DNA of 64,000 nt, taken from positions 164 through 64,163 of the forward strand of contig JBAZYH010000004.1 of assembly GCA_041659365.1 (NCBI GenBank), given 5' to 3'. Shown here in pieces: positions 7,591 through 17,681 of the stretch. Within the stretch, counting starts at the first letter, position 1, and every line of letters begins with the position of its first letter. Made by a program: the position numbers and the translations under genes. The stretch comes from Minisyncoccota bacterium. Lineage in GTDB: Bacteria > Patescibacteriota > Minisyncoccia > Phycocordibacterales > GWA1-40-21. A model generated the notes under the pieces. That model searched no databases, was not told the DNA's origin, and was given only the letters and a program-made list of their open reading frames with translations.

Positions 7591-7860
7591 CAAAAAAGAC
7601 CGTGCCCGCAGTTGTACAAACGCTGGGGACACGGTCGAAATGAGAGAACAGGTGATAAAGATCACCCTTTTCTCTTGCGATACTTCGGATCTCTCATTTT
7701 ATCTCGATGAAGGGGTAAGGTGAGCCTTACTTTTACTCTTTCGCTCGCCACTACTTGAGTCCTTCTTTTTGTGACGGGCAATACCTTTCGGTGAGCCCGA
7801 GCTACAAACCGATGTCCGCAGATCTCACATTCACGGGTCAGTTTATTAGATTCTATACTT
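7590..7860. other. GC-rich (relative to the genome) structured non-coding segment of unknown function
   Basis: Multiple stable hairpins: gaccgtg...cacggtc, gtgataaagatcac, gagagaa...ttctctt. The minus strand carries caagtagtggcgagcgaaag, which resembles the conserved 23S rRNA motif CAGTAGCGGCGAGCGAA. Confidence 0.4.
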
Positions 7861-7989
7861 TTTATATATTAAGTCAAAGAGAATAGCCTTATTTTATCTA
7901 GCCCCTTGACCTGTTTTTATGATAGTTGTAAAATTTATATGGAATCGTAAATTAACAACACAATAGGTGGACAACCAAAGGAGGTCCTA

Positions 7990-8460
7990 ATGAATAAGGA
8001 AGTTCTTATAAAGATTGATTATTCTTTCAAAACTTTTTTTAGTAAAAAGAAAATCATTAGGAAGCTTTCTAATAAGAAAAAATGGTTAAGGAGGCGTTTA
8101 CTTGATAGAGTGAAGATGTTCTCTGATACTTTCAATGAGTCAACAGATGAACATAAAAGAGAGATGAATTTTTATCTCACCTATCTTTTTGAAGAGATTA
8201 CCTCTGAGCAAACTGTAAAAGAAATAGCTAACATGGGTTTTAGACCAGTCACTGCGTGGGAATTACAGTGTTTAGCTATTGAAGATGCTCGTTTGCCCGT
8301 GGAGTCTCATGTTCTGGCTCTCGGTTCTATTCATGAATATATTTTATCTGGTGGAAAACCAGAGATGTGTGTTGTTGGTTTTGTTAATTGTGAATTATGT
8401 ATAGAAAGGTGGAATGATAAAAGACAAACTGATCAGATTTTTGTTGTTACTGATATGTGA
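7990..8460 (+). CDS. Hypothetical protein (156 aa)
   Basis: ORF with a terminator hairpin at 8466-8492. No recognisable domain. Confidence 0.4.
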   Translation: MNKEVLIKIDYSFKTFFSKKKIIRKLSNKKKWLRRRLLDRVKMFSDTFNESTDEHKREMNFYLTYLFEEITSEQTVKEIANMGFRPVTAWELQCLAIEDARLPVESHVLALGSIHEYILSGGKPEMCVVGFVNCELCIERWNDKRQTDQIFVVTDM

Positions 8461-8557
8461 CAACAAAAGGGCGTCTCGCTTTGTAGACGCTCTTTTTAAA
8501 TTTTAAAAAGATAAAAACCACCATCTTTTTTAAGAGATGATGGTTCCATACAAATCT

Positions 8558-8911
8558 TCATTGAAACAGAGTATTTTGTCCCAAGAAGATTATTAAACTT
8601 GCTGTAATAATAGAGAAACCAAGAACTTCAGGAGTAATTTTGTTTAGGTTATTTTTTCTGAAGTTTAAATAACAAAGTACTACACAAGTGGTTATCATTA
8701 CAAAAGTAAGAGAAGTTGTTTTGAGTGATAATATCAAGCCTGCTTTTCTTGTAATAAAATCATCAGGCCTCATTACAATAAAAGCAAATTCTAGACTAAT
8801 CACCAGCCAGAAGGTGGCTAACATGATCCCATCGGTGAATCCTTTGAGTGATTTCATAGTAGCCTCCTTTATGAAGAGCGGATAACTTGTTAGGGAACTG
8901 TTCCCAAACAT
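8558..8911 (-). CDS. Hypothetical small membrane protein
   Basis: Three predicted TM segments. Confidence 0.35.
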   Translation of the reverse strand: MFGNSSLTSYPLFIKEATMKSLKGFTDGIMLATFWLVISLEFAFIVMRPDDFITRKAGLILSLKTTSLTFVMITTCVVLCYLNFRKNNLNKITPEVLGFSIITASLIIFLGQNTLFQ

Positions 8912-8968
8912 AATTAGCTTTTCCTTATATATAATATCACGCTTCGTATATAAAAAGTAAACAAATAA

Positions 8969-10261
8969 TTATAAACTCAAATTTCCATTGGCTTTAAAAT
9001 CTGTTTCTGGTTTTTTGCCAGATAAAATATTTAGATATCCCGCGACTGCTATCATAAAAGCATTGTCCGTAGAAGCACTAAATTCTGGAATCATAAGTTC
9101 AACATGAATATCTTCTGCGAGTTTTGCAAAATCACTTCTTATTTTTTTATTTGCACTTACACCACCACCGATTATTATAGTTTGTGCTCCGTATTGTTCA
9201 ACGGCTTGTTGGGTTTTTTTAATTATTACTTCTACTACAGCATCTTCAAATTCTCGAGCTATTTCTTGTTTGATAGAATCAGTTAATTTGGCTAAAACAT
9301 TTTTTTCAGAAAAATGTTCGCCCGACTCGTCTTTCTGTGAAGACGAGTTTAGGGTAATTTTTTGTACTGTATAAAGTACAGCAGTTTTTATTCCTGAGAA
9401 AGAAAAATTTAAATCATGAGAATGTATCATTGGACGAGGAAGAGGGAACGCGGATTTACGCGGACCAGACGCAGAATCATGCGGATGTTCAAGTCTATCC
9501 TTTTCTGCGAGTTTAGATATTTGTGGACCACCAGGATATGGTAGACCTAGTATTCTTGCAACCTTATCAAAAGCTTCTCCGATAGCATCATCTCTTGTGC
9601 TTCCAATTATTTCATATTTTTGGTTTTCTTTACTTAGGACAAGTTGGGTATGCCCACCGCTTATGAGGAGAGCAATGACGGGATAATTAGGGGATTGAAT
9701 GTTGAATGTTGGATGTTGAATATTAGTTTCTTTACATTCACTATTCAATATTCCACATTCTCGTTGTAGCATGGCTACAACGACATGTCCTTCCATGTGG
9801 TTTACAGGGATTATAGGGATGTTCCAGGCTTCTGATAATGCTTTTGCGAAGCATATACCAACCCAGAGTGCTGGTTCAAGCCCAGGGCCATTGGTGACCG
9901 CTATAGCATCTATGTCTGGTTTTTCTATTTTCTCAATGAGTTCAATTAAATCTTCAGATAGATCATTTTCTCTTGCTAGAATTTCTTTTATTCTTTCTTT
10001 TCTTGAATCTCGAATCATAAATCTTGAATCCTTTTTCATCCCGGCTTCCTCAAGACATTTTTCAAGTTGGGGAGTAAGGTTTAGAGCATGTTCCCTTTTT
10101 GCCATCATAGGATAAACACCACCATACTGTGCATGTATAGCTATTTGAGAATATAATTGGTTCCCAAGTATTTTTATTTTTGAACCAACAGAATCATTTT
10201 CTGTTTCAATAATACAAACCCCTGTTTCATCGCATGATGTTTCTATGCCTAAGATTTTCAT
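8969..10261 (-). CDS. tsaD: tRNA N6-adenosine threonylcarbamoyltransferase TsaD (Kae1/Gcp family) with lineage-specific insertions
   Basis: MKILGIETSCDETGVCII, HMEGHV, SGGHTQL, GEAFDKVARILGLPYPGGPQISKLAE, GGVSANKKIR. At 430 aa it is about 90 aa longer than typical, with inserted low-complexity segments. Confidence 0.9.
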   Translation of the reverse strand: MKILGIETSCDETGVCIIETENDSVGSKIKILGNQLYSQIAIHAQYGGVYPMMAKREHALNLTPQLEKCLEEAGMKKDSRFMIRDSRKERIKEILARENDLSEDLIELIEKIEKPDIDAIAVTNGPGLEPALWVGICFAKALSEAWNIPIIPVNHMEGHVVVAMLQRECGILNSECKETNIQHPTFNIQSPNYPVIALLISGGHTQLVLSKENQKYEIIGSTRDDAIGEAFDKVARILGLPYPGGPQISKLAEKDRLEHPHDSASGPRKSAFPLPRPMIHSHDLNFSFSGIKTAVLYTVQKITLNSSSQKDESGEHFSEKNVLAKLTDSIKQEIAREFEDAVVEVIIKKTQQAVEQYGAQTIIIGGGVSANKKIRSDFAKLAEDIHVELMIPEFSASTDNAFMIAVAGYLNILSGKKPETDFKANGNLSL

Positions 10262-10393
10262 AAGTTAAAGATTAACATTTTTTTGGGGAAAGGGAAGATG
10301 GCGAAAATTAAGGTGATATTTATTGTGTTTCTTTTCTGGACTTATTATTATAAAAGTGGTAGTTTTTGTTAAACAACAAGAAAGGAGTTCTTT

Positions 10394-10687
10394 ATGAGTT
10401 CAATCAGAATTATCTCAATCCCTCCTGGGCAAGCTCCGGAATGGGTTCGTAAAGAATGGATTGGAGTTGAAATCCCGCTTTCCGAACAGAAATCGAGTGG
10501 AATTCAGATGGGAGTTCGTGGTGGTGCAGCCAAAAATGTTGGTGGGTACCAGGTGGAAACTAGTAAGGCTATTGAAGCTTTGCAGAAGAAATCACCGATG
10601 GCCGCGAAGTGGTGGAAAGATAACGTACCGCTCGTCTCAATAGTACACCTTGTTTTTTCCAAAGAGGTGTGCGAGCTTGTATCGTAA
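10394..10687 (+). CDS. Hypothetical protein in a locally GC-rich (~50%) segment
   Basis: Composition differs from the flanks. Followed by terminators at 10712-10740 and 10932-10958. Confidence 0.35.
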   Translation: MSSIRIISIPPGQAPEWVRKEWIGVEIPLSEQKSSGIQMGVRGGAAKNVGGYQVETSKAIEALQKKSPMAAKWWKDNVPLVSIVHLVFSKEVCELVS

Positions 10688-11072
10688 CTGTCGTTTGAAT
10701 TTCAAAACTGCTGAACTAAAAATCCAGCAGTTTTTTTATATTAAATATTTTTACGGGGAAGTTCGACACTTACAGTGTCAGTACCTTCATTGGATATTTT
10801 TATTGGTATGCTTCGCATCTATAATAATGTGAGCCGCAATAATTTGTTCGTCGTCACTCACAAATTTTCCAGCCCCGGACTCAGCTTTTTTCCTACTGAA
10901 AAAATATGCTTCCGTCTTCACAAAAGCGAAAAAGACTGGAGAAGTCCAGTCTTTTTAAAATCCGCTTTTGTGAGCCTTCTCGAACTGTGACCTTGTGGTT
11001 CCTTACCCCATAATGTTATTTATAATGTTTTTAGTGTAACAGTTTAACCCTTCTCGTGAGACTATAAAATGG

Positions 11073-11390
11073 CTATTGTTTGTTTCCTATAATTATTTTG
11101 AAAGAGTCACTATCATCTTTGGGGTTTTCAATAATTTGACCGTTTATTGGCTGAGAATAAACAGCTTGATTAACTCCATTAACTTTATAGTTATTTCTAT
11201 CTAGATATTCTTTAATTTGGGATGCAAAATTATAAGCTTCACCATCACCTAATACAGAAGTTACATTAACAGAAGATCCAGTAGGAATTAATTGCTTGAG
11301 CTGTGTTTCTAGTGATGAATCTAATTTTCTTGGTTGGGGACCTAGATATACATTATTATTACCATTTATGTTGTTTTGATTGATATCCAT
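11073..11390 (-). CDS. Hypothetical N/Q-rich protein (105 aa). A 59-aa membrane-anchored ORF lies just upstream at 11400-11579 (-).
   Basis: ORF only. Confidence 0.3.
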   Translation of the reverse strand: MDINQNNINGNNNVYLGPQPRKLDSSLETQLKQLIPTGSSVNVTSVLGDGEAYNFASQIKEYLDRNNYKVNGVNQAVYSQPINGQIIENPKDDSDSFKIIIGNKQ

Positions 11391-11781
11391 ATATTTACTT
11401 TGTTAAGAATGCATAAATATAGTTAGCAACAATTGAAATTATAATTCCTATGATAAAACCTTCTCCGCGCATTTTCCAAGTAAACTTATTGTTTGTTTTT
11501 GTTTCATTACCTGAATCAGAAAGATGGGCGTTGTTCTCACCATTTGTATTATTTTGTTTTATATTTACAGACATAAATTTAAATATTACATATTTATAAT
11601 ACTTCTCGTGTTAGCACTTGTTGGTGACCCCTTTGTCCCTAGAATGGAACACCGTTCAAAGTGAAGTAAAACGATGGAATGAAGTATTTAATTTTTATAA
11701 AATAATTCCATCTTACTCAATATAAGCTTATAAATACGAATAATAAATAATATTTAATTACCGTTAAGGGTATAGAACACT

Positions 11782-12273
11782 ATGAATACTACATTTAAAC
11801 AATTAAATACTGAAACAGAAAAAATCAGCATTAAAGATTTTTTACTAAAACCATCAGCTTATTATCAAGTCGTTCCTAATCATTTTATAAAAATTGGTAG
11901 ACCAACATTTGATGGAAAAAATGAAAGTGAAGTAGTTGCGAAATTACAGTATGCCTTTTCTATAGGAGCAAAAGTCTCAGAAGCCTGTTGTTTTGCGGGT
12001 ATTTCAAAAGATTCATTCCATAGATATTGTAAAAGATATCCAGAGTTTCGCGACAAAATAGAGCTTTTACAAAACACACCAATTTTTATTTCTAGAGTTA
12101 TTATTTATAATGCAATATTAAATAATGATTTAAAAATATCCAAGTGGTATCTTGAAAAGAAATGTCCTGAAGAATTTTCTTACAATAGACCACTTATGAT
12201 TAAATTGAAACAAAAAGAAGAAAGAATAGAATATCTGGAAGGAATTTTAAAAAATAAGAAAATTTTGTTTTAA
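11782..12273 (+). CDS. HTH-domain protein (terminase small subunit-like or transposase-like HTH)
   Basis: AKVSEACCFAGISKDSFHRYCKRYPEF is a helix-turn-helix, similar to the TerS-like HTH of CDS 28182-28598. Confidence 0.45.
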   Translation: MNTTFKQLNTETEKISIKDFLLKPSAYYQVVPNHFIKIGRPTFDGKNESEVVAKLQYAFSIGAKVSEACCFAGISKDSFHRYCKRYPEFRDKIELLQNTPIFISRVIIYNAILNNDLKISKWYLEKKCPEEFSYNRPLMIKLKQKEERIEYLEGILKNKKILF

Positions 12274-12276
12274 TTA

Positions 12277-12771
12277 TTGGGATATAAAATTTGTGTTAAA
12301 ATTAGAATTATGAAAATAAAAGAAATTAAAAAAAGAATTAATAATGCATTAGATAGACTTTACGATGTTGATCAATTTATAATTGATAATGATCTCTGTG
12401 AAAGATGTATAAATTTTAGATTTGCTCTTCATTTGCAAAATAATTTTCCAGAATATTTTGTTGATTGTGAGTACAATAAATCTCATATTGGTTTAATTAA
12501 TGATCAAAAAAGAGTTTTGGATACAGGAAATGGTAACTTTATCGATATTATTATTGGAAAACGTTCTAGATCACCAAAAGATGATTTTATCTGTTTTGAA
12601 ACTAAAAAATCGAATAGTAATGATGTTTTAGGAATAGAGAACGATATTAATAAATTAAAAATATTAACAAGTGGTGGTCAATTTGATTATAAATATGGTT
12701 TTAAAATAGTTTTTTCATTATTAAGAAAAGATGTCATACTTGAAACTTATAAAAAAGCAAAGTTATTATAG
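12277..12771 (+). CDS. Putative PD-(D/E)xK-family nuclease
   Basis: FIDIIIG ...(17 aa)... ICFETKK fits the D...ExK spacing, with an upstream conserved E (ERCINF). Confidence 0.35.
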   Translation: MGYKICVKIRIMKIKEIKKRINNALDRLYDVDQFIIDNDLCERCINFRFALHLQNNFPEYFVDCEYNKSHIGLINDQKRVLDTGNGNFIDIIIGKRSRSPKDDFICFETKKSNSNDVLGIENDINKLKILTSGGQFDYKYGFKIVFSLLRKDVILETYKKAKLL

Positions 12772-12857
12772 AGTAATGGGCTATTTTGTGGACAATTACG
12801 GATTGCTTATAATAAAAAAATATCGTAATATGTAGATGTAAAGTTGTTGTTTTTAAA

Positions 12858-13997
12858 TTGTATTTTAAAATTACGAAAATGGCGTCCATAAATCTTATAG
12901 AAAAAATAACTAATCTTTTTGTAGAAGGTAAACATCAACAAATAATAGATGTTTTGAGTGAGGAATCTGTCAGATTAAAAAAAACTGGTAAAATGGTAGC
13001 CAGTAAAAAACTTCAAAACATTATTAAAAAAATACCTATTAATAAAAGTTCTTTTGTTGGAGCATCCTCTAATCATTCTGTAAAATCAATAGATATTTCA
13101 AATTATCGTGAAAATAATCTAGTAAAAAAATATTATTCTCAAGTTACACCAGAACAAGTGATTCTAAATATTTCTGCAAAAGATAAAATAGAAAATCTTT
13201 TTAAAGAATGGGAAGATTTTGATAGACTTTCTAAACATAATCTCTTCCCAACAAATAGAATTTTATTTTATGGTCCACCTGGTACAGGAAAAACTTTGTT
13301 AGCAAATGCAATTGCACAACACTTAGATTTTCCACTTGTTTTAGTTAGGTTGGATGAATTAATCTCTTCATTTTTAGGTGAAACTGGTAAAAATATTAGA
13401 GATATATTTGAAATTGCGTCAAAAGAACCCGTGGTGTTATTTTTAGATGAAATAGATACTATTGCTAAATTTAGATCTGATGAAAAAGAATTAGGTGAAT
13501 TAAAAAGAGTTGTTACAGTTTTGTTACAAAATATTGATTTTTTTCCAAATCAATCAATAATTATTGGCGCAACAAATCACGATGGTATTCTCGATAAAGC
13601 AATCTGGAGAAGATTTCCATTAAAATTGAAATTGGATTTACCCGATATTAATAGTAGAAAATTATTGTTTAAACTTTTTTTAAAAGGAACAGATCATAGT
13701 ATTGATTACGATTTAATAGCAAACATTACCGAAGGGTTAAACGGATCAGAGATTTTTGATATTGTTCAAAATGCAAAAAAACAATCAATACTTACAAACA
13801 GTAATAAGGTTACAAATATAATTATTGCCCAATCTTATCTAATAACATATAATATAGAAAAACCTCATATTGGATCGACTAAAAAAACAATATATGCTTT
13901 GTGTCAAAAACTCAAAGATTCTGGTTTAAAACTAAGAGAAATTGAAACTATATCTGGTATAGCATATACAACTCTTCGAGATAATTTAAAAAAATAA
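12858..13997 (+). CDS. AAA+ ATPase (classic AAA family), ietA-like
   Basis: Walker A ILFYGPPGTGKTLLANAIA, Walker B VLFLDEIDTI, second region of homology (IIGATNHDGILDKAIWRRF). Confidence 0.8.
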   Translation: MYFKITKMASINLIEKITNLFVEGKHQQIIDVLSEESVRLKKTGKMVASKKLQNIIKKIPINKSSFVGASSNHSVKSIDISNYRENNLVKKYYSQVTPEQVILNISAKDKIENLFKEWEDFDRLSKHNLFPTNRILFYGPPGTGKTLLANAIAQHLDFPLVLVRLDELISSFLGETGKNIRDIFEIASKEPVVLFLDEIDTIAKFRSDEKELGELKRVVTVLLQNIDFFPNQSIIIGATNHDGILDKAIWRRFPLKLKLDLPDINSRKLLFKLFLKGTDHSIDYDLIANITEGLNGSEIFDIVQNAKKQSILTNSNKVTNIIIAQSYLITYNIEKPHIGSTKKTIYALCQKLKDSGLKLREIETISGIAYTTLRDNLKK

Positions 13998-16354
13998 TGT
14001 ATACCTTACTTATTCCAAAAGAAAAAAGTAGACGGGAGAAAAAAACAGGTGGCGGACCATTCTGGAAAGCTTATTGGGAAAAAGAAGTTGAAAAAAATCC
14101 AACCTATTATGCTTCTCAGTACAGTAAGCGTATTTCAAATTTAGATTCTGCTATTGATGGTTTTAGAAATAAATATTCTAAAAAGGATAGGAGATATTAT
14201 GCTGAAATTAAATTAGACGAAAGAGTGTCGTCAAAATCTACTGAGCCAACGAAATTGTGGATAGAAGCAGGACTGACAGTTGTTGAAACCAAGGAGCGCA
14301 ATGGAGAAACTTTTTTTACGATAAGTGGATCACTCGAAGATTTTGCAAAATTTAAAAAAATTACAGGTTCTGCAACGTTCGATACTGCTCATAGTGGTAA
14401 AGGTAAGATTCAAGATATGTCTAGGCAGGTATTCGCTGTTACTGAAATCTATGATAAAAATGATTCAATTAATAACAGAATTTCTGTACATCTTAGAGAG
14501 TTGATAAAAGATAATTACTCTAAACAACTTGATTGTGTTATTACTATACATTATGAACGAAATATATCTGAATACGATATAATTTTTAATGAAATTGAGC
14601 AAAAAATTGGGGTTGGTAATCTTCATAAGAGAGACAAAGAATTTTTTATAAGTAATATGTCGTATCGTGCAAATGTTCATATCAAACAAATTATTGATTT
14701 ACTTACTGATTCAACGTACGGCTATATTGCCCGCATAAAAATAAATCCAGAATTTATTTTTCAAAGGTCTACTCCAAGTATAAATCTAACTTCAGTTCAA
14801 ATAGGTAAATTATTAACTGATGAAAAAGTTGTTTTTATTGATAGTGGAATAGATAATAAAGTAATAAATCCTTTTATTTCCCACTCAATGAATTTTTTGT
14901 CTGGTTCAGATATTCCTGACAAAAAACACGGCACAAGTGTGGCTAGTCGATTTTTATTTGGAAATAATTTTTTTGAAAAAGTATCAAAAGGAGAAAAAAT
15001 AGATCCAACTGCAAAAATTATTGATGTTCAGATTTTACATAAAGACCCTGATGGATCTTCATCTGTTGATCCTGATGTTTTAATGAAATCAATAAAAGAA
15101 TCAACAAATAAAATAGATGACGTCACTATATATAATTTATCAATTGCTTGTAAAGAGCCTATAAACGAACAAAATGATATTGATGATTCAACTGCTTTAA
15201 TCGATAGTATCTCGAGTAAAAAAGATATTCTCTTTATTACTGCAGTTGGAAATCAAAGTGGTAATTATACACTTGGTTACAAAGATATTTTTAAAGATGA
15301 ATCTTGTAATATATCATCACCTTCTGATGCAATAAATGCTCTTTCGGTTGGTTCTATATCTGAAATTGCTCATAAAGATACTTTGTGTGGCACTGTTGAT
15401 TACCCATCTCCTTTTACAAGAAAGGGTGGTTTTCGAAATGATATTAAAAAACCAGAACTTGTAGCGTATGGTGGTAACATCGAAAAAGATATAAATAATA
15501 AATATGATATAGCACATCTTATTACATCTACAAATAAATATGGCGTTGACATAATGAGCTTGGATGAATTTTCTAGAGATATTGGAACTAGTTTAAGTGC
15601 ACCATTAATTACAAGGAGTGCTACTCTAGTATTAGATTATTTAAAAAAATCAAATCTCTCACAACAAATTCCATTATTTAAATACAATAAAGCTAATCTA
15701 GTTAAGGCATTGCTGATACATTCAACCTCCAGAATTACTCAAGCAAAAATTAAAGACGATACTCTTAAAAGAGCGTATGGTTTTGGAAAAACAGATCATA
15801 TGTCAGCTCTGTTTGATGATACAGAGGATACAGTTACTATTACGTATGCTGATGCTATTAGTTTTTCAGAGAAAAAACAGAAAATTTTAATAAAACTGCC
15901 AGACTATCTTTTGGGTCAGAATATTGAGTTTGTCTTTACACTTGTTTATAATCCACCAGTTAATTCTAATTTTAAAGAATATAAAATGGTCAATCTTCAA
16001 GGTTCTGTTGGTCTTGTGTTTCCAAAAATGGAAAATGGAAAACCAAACGGAAAAATGGATGTAAAACCTTTAGCACCATCACATAGTTGGGATAATTATA
16101 AATCATCAGATTTTAATACAATTCACTATAAAAAAAATATTAAAAAATTAGATTATCTTGATTTACAAATTGGTATTCAAATGACAGTATCAAGTCAGCT
16201 TTTGAATGAAATACCAGAAGATAAAATTTTACAAAATTACGCAATCGTTCTTTCAATAAAAGATATGTCAAAAAAAGGTAAACTTAGAAGCCAGTTGCTT
16301 CTTAAAAATCAACTCGTTGAATTAATTGAAAATCAGGTAAAAATTACAATATAG
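13997..16354 (+). CDS. Subtilisin-like S8 serine peptidase with a long N-terminal domain, ietS-like
   Basis: Catalytic triad in D-H-S order: VVFIDSGID, HGTSVASR, GTSLSAPLITR. The start is adjacent to the ATPase stop. Confidence 0.8.
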   Translation: MYTLLIPKEKSRREKKTGGGPFWKAYWEKEVEKNPTYYASQYSKRISNLDSAIDGFRNKYSKKDRRYYAEIKLDERVSSKSTEPTKLWIEAGLTVVETKERNGETFFTISGSLEDFAKFKKITGSATFDTAHSGKGKIQDMSRQVFAVTEIYDKNDSINNRISVHLRELIKDNYSKQLDCVITIHYERNISEYDIIFNEIEQKIGVGNLHKRDKEFFISNMSYRANVHIKQIIDLLTDSTYGYIARIKINPEFIFQRSTPSINLTSVQIGKLLTDEKVVFIDSGIDNKVINPFISHSMNFLSGSDIPDKKHGTSVASRFLFGNNFFEKVSKGEKIDPTAKIIDVQILHKDPDGSSSVDPDVLMKSIKESTNKIDDVTIYNLSIACKEPINEQNDIDDSTALIDSISSKKDILFITAVGNQSGNYTLGYKDIFKDESCNISSPSDAINALSVGSISEIAHKDTLCGTVDYPSPFTRKGGFRNDIKKPELVAYGGNIEKDINNKYDIAHLITSTNKYGVDIMSLDEFSRDIGTSLSAPLITRSATLVLDYLKKSNLSQQIPLFKYNKANLVKALLIHSTSRITQAKIKDDTLKRAYGFGKTDHMSALFDDTEDTVTITYADAISFSEKKQKILIKLPDYLLGQNIEFVFTLVYNPPVNSNFKEYKMVNLQGSVGLVFPKMENGKPNGKMDVKPLAPSHSWDNYKSSDFNTIHYKKNIKKLDYLDLQIGIQMTVSSQLLNEIPEDKILQNYAIVLSIKDMSKKGKLRSQLLLKNQLVELIENQVKITI

Positions 16355-16624
16355 TGTTTGGTTTTCTGGGATTATTTTATATAAACCTTGCATTAAAAGT
16401 GTATATTGATATAATCAAATGACACAATTTAATAAGTAGAGACCTAACCCTTTTAAGATTTATTTTGAAAGGTATGGTCAAAAACGCACGATACAAAAAA
16501 CCCTCACATTAGGGCGTATCGTGCGTTGTATTGGGAAACTAATACAGAGGTTTAAAAACCTTCCTAGTGTGGGGCTTTTTCGTATCTACACACTAGACAT
16601 TATTAGTCTATTAACTTAAAAAAA

Positions 16625-17671
16625 ATGAAAGTGAAGCACGATATCACTCTCGGTGAATTAGGAGTAGTTTGTGGTTTAATTATTATTGTAATTTTTGCTA
16701 TTATTTATTGGTATATAGGAATACCTGCTTTAGTAATTTGGTATCTATTTAAAAAGAGAAAAAATAAATTTCCACTAAAAACAAATTTGATTATAGCTGG
16801 TGGCACTTTAGGTGTTGTATTTTCTGTCTTTTTCATAAATTTATATATTCATAGAACACCAAGTTTAACTATTTCTGAACCACAAGATTTAATAACTCTT
16901 CAGGTTGCAACCACTACGATTAAAGGGAAGGTTAGTCCGTCTTCAAGCAATTTAACTGTTAATGGTATAAGTATTAAGGCAAATTTCGGTGGACATTTCA
17001 TATATGAGGCTTCTTTAAAAAATGAAAATAATACCTATACTTTTATTGCAAATAATAAAGATAAAAGTCAAACACAAACACTAACAATTAAACGTATATT
17101 TACTGCAGATGAATTAGCTCAAATAGAACAAGCAAAAAAAGAGGCACTTGCTAAAGCGGAAAAAGATAAAGCAGATGAATTAAAAATAAGACTACAAAGA
17201 GAAATTGATAGTTTTAATAAGCCATTTGATAATAGTATTTATCGAAATGATATAACATCTCTTACTCTTGAAGTTATGTTATTTAGTGGTTGGGCAAAGT
17301 GGATTACAGAAGGAAAAGAATCTAATAATACAGAAGTTAAAAATTTAGCGAACCAATTAGAACAAAAGGTTTCCCAACGACAAATTAAAGAATTTCCTTT
17401 AATGAGAAAAACTTACGCTAAATTAATCGGAAATTTGTTATGGGAGCAAGATATATCAGTAGAAACACTTGGTGCTACAAATAAAACGATTCAACTTACA
17501 GGTGGAATTTTTGTGGCTAATAAAAGTAAATCAACGATTCAGGAACAATTATCTAAACAATTGAGGTTATTTAGATTTACAACAGCAAATTATAAGTGGT
17601 ATGAGTATGATGAAACATATACTTATTATGATATGGATAGTTACGTGGATAGTAAGGTAATTGAGTTATAA
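16625..17671 (+). CDS. Membrane-anchored protein with coiled coil (two N-terminal TM helices, lysine-rich coiled coil)
   Basis: TM helices at residues about 12-40 and 55-75. AKKEALAKAEKDKADELKIRLQREI coiled coil. Confidence 0.4.
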   Translation: MKVKHDITLGELGVVCGLIIIVIFAIIYWYIGIPALVIWYLFKKRKNKFPLKTNLIIAGGTLGVVFSVFFINLYIHRTPSLTISEPQDLITLQVATTTIKGKVSPSSSNLTVNGISIKANFGGHFIYEASLKNENNTYTFIANNKDKSQTQTLTIKRIFTADELAQIEQAKKEALAKAEKDKADELKIRLQREIDSFNKPFDNSIYRNDITSLTLEVMLFSGWAKWITEGKESNNTEVKNLANQLEQKVSQRQIKEFPLMRKTYAKLIGNLLWEQDISVETLGATNKTIQLTGGIFVANKSKSTIQEQLSKQLRLFRFTTANYKWYEYDETYTYYDMDSYVDSKVIEL

Positions 17672-17681
17672 AAAATAATTT

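Noticed and set aside
7590-7860. tmRNA, SRP RNA, 6S, TPP riboswitch or group II intron domain V in the GC-rich segment.
   Set aside because: No T-arm/ACCA end, no GGAAGGAAGCAGC-like SRP motif, no CUGAGA/ACCUGAUC TPP boxes and no domain V consensus could be found by eye. It is left as an unknown structured element.
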